From Thermoleophilia bacterium (GTDB lineage: Bacteria > Actinomycetota > Thermoleophilia > UBA2241): a DNA stretch of 64,000 bases. Positions 51,646 through 64,000 of the stretch are shown in pieces. Position 1 is the stretch's first letter. Every line of letters begins with the position of its first letter. Made by a program: the position numbers and the translations under genes. Below the pieces are notes generated by a model. It saw only the letters and a program-made list of their open reading frames with translations, did no database searches and was not told the DNA's origin. The stretch lies in contig JAXGYV010000006.1 in the NCBI GenBank assembly GCA_040772045.1, positions 8,260 to 72,259 of the forward strand. The letters run 5' to 3'.

Positions 51646-52531
51646 GGCCGACGTCGCGGCCGCGGCGCGTTCGCGGATCGTCTCCGGCTCATCTTACGGC
51701 GCGTCGATCGCGTCGTCGCGCAGCGTCAGTAGGCCGTCGCGCGCCAGACCCTGGGCGAGCGCGCGCGCCCTGGTCGGAGCGAGCCCCAGCTCGGCCGCCA
51801 CCTTCTCGAGAGGGAGGCGTCCCCGGTCGAGCACGGCGGCGAGCATGCGGGCGCGGTACCAGCGCGTGCTCCCCTGGTAGGGGCCCTGGCGGGCACGGGG
51901 GGCGATCGCGGTGGCCCGGGCGGTGAGGACGAGGGCGCCGTAGTCCATGAGCGCGTTGTGCCAGTCGCGGGCGCGGCCCGTCGGCAGTACGGTCTCCGCG
52001 ACCGCCTGGAGTGCCGCCGGCGTGAGATCCCGCGGCAGATCCAGCTCGTGCGTGAGCACGCGGCGTACGTTGGCGTCCACGGCGGCCAGGTCCGCGTTCC
52101 AGGCGAATACGAGGATCGCGCGGGCCGTGTACGGCCCGATACCCGGGAGCTGGCGGAGCTGCTCGAGAGAGGCCGGCAGCTCGGCGGGGCGGCCGTGCGC
52201 GACGTTCACGGCCGCCTGCGCGCAGCGCTGGAGGCGCACGGCGCGGGCGTTGTAGCCCAGACCCGCCCAGTGCCGGAGCACGCCGGCTGTAGGCGCACTG
52301 GCCAGCGCCTCGAGGGTGGGGTAGGCGCGCAAGAACGGCTCGTACTTGCCGACTACCCGCGCCACCTGTGTCTGCTGCAGCATGACCTCCGCGACCAGGA
52401 TGGCGTAGGGGTCGACGGTCCGTCGCCAGGGCAGGTCGCGGCGGTGCTCGCCGTACCAGTCGAGGATCTTGCACCGCAGCCGCCGGACGTGCCGCGCGGA
52501 GAGGTCGCCGGCGGGCGTAGCCGCGCCGGCG

Positions 52532-54595
<2,064 letters not shown>

Positions 54596-54678
54596 AGTGC
54601 GCTTCGCTTGCGTGAATCCTGGATATCCTACACGTGGTGGCCGTGGACGAGCGGCCGGGACCGAGCAAGGAGTAGTCA

Positions 54679-54999
54679 ATGCAGCCAGATACCCCAGTGG
54701 TCGTCGATCTCTTGGCCCTCGCCGAGGTGGCCGAGGGCGGCATCGTCAGCAAGCCGGTGGTGGAGAACGAGCACCACAAGCTGGTCCACTTCACCTTTGC
54801 CCCCGGCCAGGAGCTCTCCGAGCACACGGCCAGCGTCCCGGCGGCGATCCACGTGCTGCGCGGCCGTGCCACGATCAAGCTGGGCGAACAAGCTTACGAG
54901 GCGCACGCGGGCAGCTTCTTCTACATGCCCGCGTACCTGAAGCACGCCGTGCATGCCGAGGAGGAGTTGGTCTTTCTGCTCACGATGTTCAGAACCTGA
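54679..54999 (+). CDS. Cupin domain protein
   Basis: [12 protein letters not shown]...HVLRG...MPA..KHAV; AAGGAG RBS. Confidence 0.87.
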   Translation: MQPDTPVVVDLLALAEVAEGGIVSKPVVENEHHKLVHFTFAPGQELSEHTASVPAAIHVLRGRATIKLGEQAYEAHAGSFFYMPAYLKHAVHAEEELVFLLTMFRT

Positions 55000-55099
55000 G
55001 TCACGCGGTGTGTGTCGGCAGACGGTTATCGGCGGGCGGGGCTATGGAGACGGTGTACCCTGTGTTCTGTCTCGCACCGGCAGCTTGCAGGAGGTCAGG

Positions 55100-55609
55100 A
55101 TGGACGTGCTCGATCTGATTGCCCGGCGCTACAGCGTGCGTGCCTACCGGCCAGATCCGGTGGAAGAGGAGAAGCTGCGGCAGGTGCTGGAGGCAGCCCG
55201 TCTGGCTCCCACGGCCGCCAATCGACAGCCGTTCCGCGTGCTGGTCGCCCAGACGCGGGGGAGAGAAGAGGAGCTGCGCCGCGTCTACAACCGGCCGTGG
55301 TTCGTGGATGCGCCGCTGGTGGTCGGTGTGGTGGCGGTGCCAGCCGAGGCATGGCGGCGCATGGACGGTAAACCCTACGACGAGGTCGACGCGACCATCG
55401 CCATGGATCACCTGGTGCTCGCGGCGACGGCCCTGGGGTTGGGCACGTGCTGGGTCGCGGCCTTTGACCCCGCGGCGGCTCGCGAGGTGTTCGGCCTGCC
55501 CGACGATGTGGCGCCGGTGGCCTTCACCCCGCTGGGCTACGCGGCCGACGAGCCGCGTCACAAGACGCGGCGCCCGCTCGAGGAGCTCGTGAAGCACGAG
55601 CGCTGGTAG
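55100..55609 (+). CDS. Nitroreductase family protein
   Basis: RYSVRAY, ARLAPTAANRQP and LAATALGLGTCWV; AGGAGGT RBS. Confidence 0.92.
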   Translation: MDVLDLIARRYSVRAYRPDPVEEEKLRQVLEAARLAPTAANRQPFRVLVAQTRGREEELRRVYNRPWFVDAPLVVGVVAVPAEAWRRMDGKPYDEVDATIAMDHLVLAATALGLGTCWVAAFDPAAAREVFGLPDDVAPVAFTPLGYAADEPRHKTRRPLEELVKHERW

Positions 55610-55900
55610 ACGCGCACGGGGCACGAGACGGGCGCCGCGGCAACTTCGCCCCGGCGCCCCGCATGCCCGCGCGGTGGAGCGAGCCAGGCTCAGTGGTAAC
55701 CCAATCGCGACTGGGTGCCGGTTTACAATGCCTCCAGGTACTTGACAGCGTGGCATCCGTTCTGCGAACGTCGCCGTGCAGCGTCCGCTTACCAGAGAAG
55801 GCGTACGTTCATCTCCGAGTTTCGCGTACCCAGTAGCACCCTGGTTGCTTAGCGGCTGCAGGTTGTACTGGGTTAGTATAGAGCGAAGCGGAGGAGAATC

Positions 55901-58900
55901 ATGGGTCGGGGAGTCTTCTCTGGGCGGGCGCTGCGTTGTGCTCATCGTGGGCTCGCGTTCGCACTTTCCTTTGTTCTCATCGTGGTCTTGCTGGGCGTTC
56001 TTGCTCTCTGCTCACAGAGAGCCGCCGCGGCCCAGCCCAGTGTAGTGCGCGAGCTCACCAAGCTGCGCGGCGAGAGCTCCACGACCTATGAGCTCTCCGA
56101 CGGCAGTCTGCGCAGCGAGTTCTTCTCCTCGCCGATCCGCTTTCGCGATGCCGCCGGCGCCTGGCGGGCCATCGATACGCGTCTGCTGAGCGATGCCAAG
56201 AGTGGCGAGTACGTGGCCGCCGCCATGCCTTTCGCCGTGCGCCTCGGCGCCGCGCGGCCGCAGGTACGTCTCGGCGCCGACCGCTACGAGCTCTCTCTAC
56301 AGCCGCGCGGGTTGGCCTCCAAGGCGGCCGTGGTGCTTGGCGATCTAGCTACCTACCCGGCAGTGGCCGTAGACACCGATCTTCGCTACCAGGTACTCGC
56401 TGAGGGCGTCAAAGAGGAGCTGCTGCTGGCCTCGGCCGCCGCGCCACGGCGCTTCAGCTTCTCGCTCGCTCACCCCGGCCTTACCTTGCGGTACGACCTT
56501 CAAGAGGGCTGGGGGCTCTACGCCGAGAACGCCAAGCAGCCGCTGTTCGTGCTCGGCGGCCTGTGCGTCTTCGACTCCTCGGTCAGCAAGGCCGGCGAGC
56601 CCGCCTACTGCGCCGGGGCGACCATGAAGGTGAGTGTGGGCCGCGAGGAGAGCACTATCACCTACGAGGTGCCCGAGGCGTGGGTGAACGCTTCCGAGCG
56701 CGTGTTCCCCATCCACATCGACCCCACTATCACGTTCGGCCAGTCCTCCTGTACCGACACCTACGTCTCCTCGGCCTTTCCGGATACCGCCTACGCGGGC
56801 TCGCAGGAGCTCAAGGTCGGCCGCTACGACGCCTCCACCGGGCACAACCGCACGCTGATCAAATTCGATCTCTCGAGCATCGCCGGCCACTACGTGCCCA
56901 CCGCGCAACTCCACATGTACCAGTTCCATCAGTACTACTACAGTCAAGCAATGACCACGCACATCGGGCTGCTGCGTGAAACCTGGGGACAGGGCACCAC
57001 CTGGAACATCCTGGCCGACAATGGCGGCCACGAGTTCGATTGGTGGAAGGATGTCGCGGTGGCTCGCGGGGAGTGGATGGAGCCTACCGCTCGCATCCCC
57101 ACCCAGGAATGGGTCGAGGGACGCTGCGCTAACTACGGCTTCATCGTCTACCAGACCACCAGCGAGGACGCCACGTACTGGCGGAAGTTCCGCTCGCGCG
57201 AGTACGGTACCAGTAGTTACCGTCCCTCCCTGGAGGTCACCCACGAGACTCCGCAGGCCACCTCGGTCGCCGATGCGCCGCGCTACCGTACCGGCGACAC
57301 GGTGACCGCCACGGTAACCATAGGCAGCACCGTCAACGCGAGCCAGACGCGTTCCGTGCAGGTGGGCGTGAATGCCACCGACAGCGATACCTCGCGTTTG
57401 CGCGGCGTGCTGGGCTGGTTCAGCTACGACCCCAGCCTGGATACTCGCGATCCTCATCGCAACTCCTGGGTGAGGATTCCCGGCTCGCCGGCGGGTTTCT
57501 ACTACGACTCGCAGGCGACCGGCGCGGACGCTATCGAACCGCTGGCGGAGTGCACCAAGAACTCCTCTACACAGTGCACGTTCCGCTTCCGCATCCGGCA
57601 AGGTTTCGGCGAGATCCAAGACAACGACCTCGACACCCGCCTGAAGATGGACCCCCTCGCCGACAGCAGCCCCGCTTGGGATAGCGGGTGGGTGCACCGC
57701 GACACCAACTTCGACATCCTGCCCAACGACGCATTCCACACCAGCGCCGATCTGGGAGAGTGGGCCGGACACGCGGCCTCGGCGCAGCTTGACCGGGGCG
57801 GCTTGTGCCTTGCCACGAGCGACCTAGACATCGCCTCCTGGGGCCCCAGCGCCGCCCTTGCCCGCAACTACGACTCAGGCCGCACGACTGCCGGCGCCTT
57901 TGGCACCGGCTGGCGCTTCTCGTTTGAGCGCAGCCTGACCATCGGTACCGCCGAGACCGTCTACGTGGATGAAGCTGGCGATCAGCACCGCTTCACCAAG
58001 ATCGATGGCGTTTGGCTCGCGCCCACCGGCTGTTTTGCCACGCTCGCCCAGAGCGGCGATGGGTGGACACTCACCGAGACCGACAAGAGCGTGCTGAGAT
58101 TCGACTCCGCCGGCAAGCTTACGAGCGAGGCCGACGCCAACGGCAACACGACAACGTACGCCTGGTCGGGCGGCGACCTGACCTCGATTACCGCCGCTAA
58201 CGGCCAGTCCATCAGCGTGACCATGAGCGGCGGTGTGATCTCGGCGGCCAGCTACGCCACCGCCGCCGGCACGCGCACCGTCAACTACACAGCCGGCGCT
58301 ACGCCCTCGGTGACTTACTTCCCCGGCCAGGCGGAGGAGCGCGCCGTCAGCTACAGCTACTCCGCAAGCCGCCTGTCGGCGATCACCCAACAGGGCTGGC
58401 CGACCACTGGCCAGAGCGTCTCCGAGTCCTTCCTCTACACCGACGGTGTTCTCACCGAGGTTCGCTTCCCCGACTACGACGCAACCAGCAAACCCGATGC
58501 TCGGGCGGGCATCGTCTACGGCGAAGCGGAGGCGACCATCAGCCGCTACGGTACGGTTGGCGGTCAGGCGGGCCAGGCCTGCGATGTTGTCAAGTATGCT
58601 TGGGAACCGCTGAGTGGCGCTGTCGTCAGCGAGATCCGTAACCCGGCGGTCGCGGACCTTAAGTTGAGCACTACCTACCAGTACGGCGAAGATCTTCAGG
58701 TGGTAAAAGAGAGCTCCAAGGATGGCGACAACACCCTGCTTTCTACAGTAGAGAGCGACTACGATGCACAGGGCAACCTCGTCGAGCAAGTTGAGCAGCG
58801 CGATGAGGAACTGGCTACTACATTCGAGTACGAGGCGGGCAATGATCAGCCGATCTCTGAGGAGACCACACACGATGCCCAGTGTGTCTCTCAGACCGAT

Positions 58901-61900
58901 AACGACTACGATGCCGACGGTAACCTCACTAGCAGCGTGGAGGCGATCTCCGGACAGAGCAGCGCCCTGAGCCAGTACAGCTACGGCGATGTCTCTGTCG
59001 GCTCATCGCTGTACAGGGGCGCCCAAGTACAGCAGCGCGGCAAGATCAGTGCCGGCCCCGATGTCTGGGCGCAGACCGACTTCGCCGACTTCGCCGCCAA
59101 TGGCGAGCCGCGGAGCACCACCTACCGCGATGTGCTGCGCAGCTACGGCGGTACCGCATCGGATTTGACCGAGACCGCCACCTACGACGCCTTCGGCAAC
59201 CGCCTCTCCAAGACCGATACCTCGGGGACTACCACCGAGACCAACACCTACGATCTGGCTGGTCGGCTGCTGACGAGCACCGATGCCAAGGGCGTGACTA
59301 CCCATCATCTCTACGATGCGCTTGGTAACGAGATCGAGAGCTGGCAGAGCGTGTCTGGCAACGATGCGAAGAACAGCTGGACGAAGTCGGTCTACGATGC
59401 CCGAGGTCATGCCACCGGCCAGACCACACTGCTCTGGGATGCCCAACACCCCAATGGACAGACACAGAAGACGATCGTTACCACCTACGACGGTGTCGGC
59501 AATCCGACAAGCGCCAGCGACTCGACGGTCGGCGGCGAAGACGAACGCTGGATCTACGATATGCAGGGCAACATCACCAGCCACTGGGAGATGGGCGTTG
59601 CCAGCTACGACACGGTGCGAGCAACCCGTTCTACCTACGATGAGCAGGGCCAGCAGGTCAGTGTGACTGCGCCCGGTGAGTCGGCGGCGACCACCTATAT
59701 CTACGATCTGGCCGGCAACGTAGTATGCCAGATCAACCCCGACGGTAGCCGCATCATCAGCTGTTACGACGCCGAGGGTAACAAGACGGCGGAGAAACGC
59801 ACCCTGGAAGGCTACGATCCCAACACTAACCCCACGGCGGTAGCGACGACGAGCTACACCTACAACACCGGTGATCAACTCGTCTCAACGACATCGTCCG
59901 GCGGCCTGACCACTACCTATACGTACGATCTGCTCGGCCGCCAGATTGAGGCGGGTGGCTCGAGTCTGACCCTCAACAGCCTAGGCTGGGAGCTGCGTAG
60001 CCTGGATGCCGACGGTATCGCCATCAGCAAGAGCTACAATATCGCCGGGCGGATTACCAGCGAGGCGCAGGGCAGTCGCGATACCGCCTATGCCTATAAC
60101 GCCAGCGGACTGCTGGCGAGCGAGACGATCGTCAACACCGCTCCGAACCCGGATGAGGAGCTCTCGAAGGTAAGCTACGCTTACGATACTTTCGGCAACC
60201 TAAACCACGAGACGCACACTCGGCCTGGCGATCCCAACCCTGTCACGCTGAAAGACGTCGCCACCACCTACGACTCGCTAGGGCGGCCGGATGAACGTGT
60301 AGATACCGTCTCCGGTCGCCAGCAGAGCTGGAGCTATCCGCTTAACGAGGCCACCGGCACGCAGGAGAGCGAAAACTATGGTTCTGCCACGCCGGTAGTA
60401 ACCCAGATCGCCCGCAACGCTCGCGAGCAGGAGAGCACCCGTACCACTACCATCGCCGCTGGGCAGACCGTTACCCGAACGATCACCGATCGCGATAACG
60501 CCGAGCGCTGGACCACCGCCACCTTGGGAAGCCTCTCCTTTGGGCGCAACTTCAACGGCGCCTCTCAGCTCAATGGGCAGTCGGGTGCCGGCTTTACCGC
60601 CGCCGGCTCTTATAGCTACGATGCCGCCTCGGGCCGCAAGAGCACCGAGAACCTGCCGCTTGCCCTCGCGGGAACGCTCTCTTCCAGCTATGCCTACGAT
60701 GCTACCGGCAGACTGGAGAGCTCCTCCGCCGGCGGCCTGACCGCCACCACCTTCGACTCCGCCGGCAACCTGACCGCCTTTACCGATGCCGGCGGCTCGG
60801 CCAGCCTGACCTACGATGCCGCCAATCGTCTTACGCAGATGAGTTACGGCGCCGCCACCACCCACTACGGCTGGGATATCGCCAACGGCTGGCGCACGCA
60901 GCAAGGACCTTCCGCCGACCCCGACCGCGAGCGCTTCTCCTACACCGCCAGCGGTCGTCTAGCGGGCTATGCCAACGACGCGAGTGGCCTCACCGCCAGC
61001 TATGCCTACGATGGCGGCGGGCAGCGCATCCGCTCCGAGATCACCCAGGGCACCACCACGACAACCACCACCTACCTCTACGAGGGTCTGAGCCTGCGCA
61101 GCCTCTCGGCGATCCGGGGCGAGACAAGCTGGCGCATCGACTACCTCTACGATGAGGAAGGAGTTCCTTACGCCGGATCTACCGCAGCCCCGCTTCCTCA
61201 GTCAGCCCGGTGCTCTTTGCTCTTATCACCTCCGAGCGCGGCGATGTACTCGAGCTGCTGGACAGCAACGGCGATGCCTTCGCCGCCTACCGCTACGATG
61301 AGTGGGGTAACCCCATCGGTGCGGGCAACTACGCCACCGGCATCTGGACGCAGGCCAGCTCTGTGGTGAACTCCACCCTGGCCGGCCAGATCGCCTCTCG
61401 CCAGATCCTGCGCTATGCCTCCTATGCCTACGATGCCGAGAGCGGCCTCTACTATCTCTCCGCCCGTTCCTACGATCCGCTCACCCGCCAGTTCATCAGC
61501 AAGGACCCGGCCAAGGCCGATGGTGAGGAGAGTGCCTATCAGTACTGCGGTGGGGAGCCGGTGACGTTCATCGATCCGACCGGCGAGTCGTGGTACAACC
61601 CGTTCTCATGGAGATGGGTGAAGAAGATTCCGCCGGAGGTCAAATGGTCGGTGTGGCCATATCGTTTCTACAAACTTGTAAAGGAGGTGCAGACATTTTG
61701 CACAATCGAACGCGATGTCTATAGGACATCTGCTGCCGAGAATGCACGCAAGGCGAGATATGAGTTTGAGAAACGGAAGTCGCGTGATCCTCAAGCTGTA
61801 TATGAGGAGATTTTCGGATATAACGGCGATTCATATTTGCGACCTGACGGAACGTCGAAACTTGCCTCGCTGTCAACGAGTCGGATAATCGGCTGGGCGC

Positions 61901-62025
61901 AAGTGTTTTCGAGCGAATATAAGCGTTGGCATGCATCACGCAACTACATAGTTGCTCACAAAGTATATCACAAGAAGGTCGTTTCATTCTGGAAGTCTGT
62001 GACAATATACATTTCCCTTTGGTGA
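55901..62025 (+). CDS. Secreted Rhs/YD-repeat polymorphic toxin (WapA-like, with DNRLRE-type domain); frameshift near 61175
   Basis: N-terminal TM/signal, FPIHIDPT, DTYVSS, G.FGTGWRFSFE and many YD..G repeats. The core YRYDEWG...YDAESGLYYL.ARSYDP..RQFISKDP...PVTFIDPTG is in the next frame. Confidence 0.9.
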
Positions 62026-62073
62026 GAGAAAAGAAAGACAGTAAGCATGATGACTGCTATGAGTGATAAGTGA

Positions 62074-62661
62074 ATGATTACTTCCTTGAATAGATGGAGT
62101 GCAAAATCGATATATGGTGGAGTCCTGCTTGCGCTCGTTGCTATAGGTGTTATCATTCTGCTCCTATGGCATTTATCCAGGGGATCTCTGGAGGTCCGTA
62201 GACTAGTTGCTGGCGATCACGTGCTTCTGCAGTCCGGCTTATCGTTTGTCGTGCCAGAAGACATGTCAGGTACGTGGTCATCTTGGCATTCCGATAGTCG
62301 GGATAGTAGCTCGGGAGGACTCGCTGAGTCGATAGTCTTCGACAGCGCGCGGCACCACAGCGTTCCTCCTGCTATCGATGTCTACTCGCACTGCGGTAAG
62401 CAGTCCACGTCTCTACGCATGGTCCTTCGGCAGAGACTTGTTTCGCGCTCGAAAGATAGAACCACCGAGATACGCTGGATGCCGCCTCATACGGACGTGT
62501 ACAACGTCTTCGTGATTGTTCGTCTTGACAGACATCTTCCATGCGTAGTGATGATCTCGGCACCGAACGCGACTAGCCCCGCCGGTGCGTGGAAAGTGGT
62601 GGCTGAGTTGTGGCGGCGGCTGGATGTCCTAGGCGTTTCGGTTCCACCTCGGCCGGAGTAG
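62074..62661 (+). CDS. Putative immunity protein with an N-terminal TM helix
   Basis: Immediately downstream of the Rhs C-terminus, in the same visibly AT-richer patch; hydrophobic GVLLALVAIGVIILLLW. Confidence 0.55.
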   Translation: MITSLNRWSAKSIYGGVLLALVAIGVIILLLWHLSRGSLEVRRLVAGDHVLLQSGLSFVVPEDMSGTWSSWHSDSRDSSSGGLAESIVFDSARHHSVPPAIDVYSHCGKQSTSLRMVLRQRLVSRSKDRTTEIRWMPPHTDVYNVFVIVRLDRHLPCVVMISAPNATSPAGAWKVVAELWRRLDVLGVSVPPRPE

Positions 62662-62916
62662 TCAATCCTAGCGTGTTCCATGATGCTCCTATACACACTG
62701 TCATGTCCTTGGATGGCTCGCCGACCGACGCTCAGCGTCCGATACACCTCACAACACCGTCCTTCGTACGAGGAATGATCTGCATGACTCGCATGAATTT
62801 TTGAAGGTGATGCGAATGAGGCGAGATCGGCACGATGGACCGTGCAAGCATGCGTGGAGAAGAACGGCATCGCAGGCAGGCGCGGCGAGCGTGACGTAAT
62901 GGTTACTAGGAGACGC

Positions 62917-64000
62917 ATGGTTGCGAGGGGCCATTGTGGATGGCTGTACTATCTTGGCTATGGAGCGCTCGCGGCATTCATGACAGCAACGGTCGCCGCC
63001 TGCGGGGGAAGCGACAGTATTTCTGTCCACTCACCCTGGCAGCAGCTCCAGGGCACCGGCGGCATCGAGGGCCGGCCTGGCAGTATGTGGTTCGACGATG
63101 CCCAGCATGGCTGGTTTGTCAACGAGGATCGGCCTGGAGTGTGGATTACCAATGATGGGGGTCGAAGCTGGCAATCCTGTGAGGGGACCGTCCAGGGAAC
63201 GCCTAAGCAGCTGGCCAGCCTGCCGAGAAAGATCAGCGCTCTGCCCTGCCCTCGCAAGATCCTGCGCTTGGGGAACATCCTGTATGTAGCCTTCAACGTA
63301 CGACCCCCCGGCTTTGAGGATCCGGCTCCCGAAGAGCAGTACGCGGGCATCATCGTTAGCCGAAATGAGGGAGTTACCTGGAGCCGCTGTCTCACTCTGC
63401 CGGCAAGCAAGGAGTGGATGCTCGATTTCTGCGCGGGCGAAGGGACGCTCTATGCCCTCTGTGGGCCCCGAGACCCGGATAAACCCAGTGACCATGGAGT
63501 GCCGACCTACCTGCTGCGCAGCAGCGACGGCGGGCAGAGCTGGAAGCGTCTGCCCCAGCCCGCCGGCATCGATGGCGGCACCACGGTCCTCCTGCCGCCA
63601 CTGACCTTCGTTGACGATCTTCATGCCTGGTCTGCCTGCGAGACCACCGAGCCCAACGGCTGGGTGTTTGTCGGAGACCTCCTAACCACTGTCGATGGTG
63701 GCAAGAGCTGGAAGAAGGTCACGGGGGAGGTCGGGGGAGGCCCTCTCTTCGTCTTTGACGCCGCCCACGCCTGGACTACCGGCGGGGGTTTCAACGAGGC
63801 TGGCGTGGGCTCTGCCGCCTGCGTGGCCACCAGCGACGGCGGCAAGAGCTGGCATGTGCTGCATGAGCTGGATGACATTATGCTAAGCGGCATCTTCTTC
63901 GCCGACCTTCAACATGGCTGGGTGCAGTGCGGTGGCGGGTTCCTGGCTACTAGCGATGGTGGTAAGACCTGGGTCGAAGAAGGAGAGACGCCCGATAACT
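62917..64000 (+). CDS. Lipoprotein with BNR/Asp-box (Ycf48-like beta-propeller) repeats, truncated by window edge
   Basis: Manual translation MVARGHCGW...TVAACGGS (lipobox), then TNDGGRSW, SSDGGQSW, TVDGGKSW, TSDGGKSW and TSDGGKTW; AGGAG RBS. Confidence 0.85.
   Translation, partial: MVARGHCGWLYYLGYGALAAFMTATVAACGGSDSISVHSPWQQLQGTGGIEGRPGSMWFDDAQHGWFVNEDRPGVWITNDGGRSWQSCEGTVQGTPKQLASLPRKISALPCPRKILRLGNILYVAFNVRPPGFEDPAPEEQYAGIIVSRNEGVTWSRCLTLPASKEWMLDFCAGEGTLYALCGPRDPDKPSDHGVPTYLLRSSDGGQSWKRLPQPAGIDGGTTVLLPPLTFVDDLHAWSACETTEPNGWVFVGDLLTTVDGGKSWKKVTGEVGGGPLFVFDAAHAWTTGGGFNEAGVGSAACVATSDGGKSWHVLHELDDIMLSGIFFADLQHGWVQCGGGFLATSDGGKTWVEEGETPDN

Overview
High-GC bacterial chromosomal window, probably from an anaerobic deep-branching actinobacterium such as Thermoleophilia (inferred from gene content and style, not verified). 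Left to right it holds: a TPP-riboswitch-controlled thi4-thiD unit; an hps-rraA fusion/yjbQ/panC/panG block; udg-tsaE-tsaB-rimI-tsaD-acetolactate synthase; dtd divergent from CIRCE-regulated groES-groEL; an AcsE-like methyltransferase; a PucR regulator with a split urea-carboxylase-like/LamB operon and transporter; a CoA transferase; MTAP; a K+-independent membrane pyrophosphatase; an APC-USP permease, three TrkA and two TrkH paralogs; tRNA-Phe; an MBL-rhodanese protein; a four-gene minus-strand module; an amidase; an activase/dehydratase pair; mutY-like, ABC-F, cupin and nitroreductase genes; and a secreted Rhs polymorphic toxin locus. The best candidate for an undescribed system is the module at 38924-43340. 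There a secreted subtilisin ending in five exact WTRYR pentapeptide repeats, encoded with varied synonymous codons, precedes a multi-TM sensor PP2C phosphatase, an anti-sigma-type kinase and a STAS protein, all behind a sigma28-like promoter. This suggests a self-encoded, self-processed peptide signal and its receptor. Several single-base frameshifts and two G/C homopolymer hairpins look like sequencing or assembly errors. All calls come from motif recognition by eye; no searches were run.
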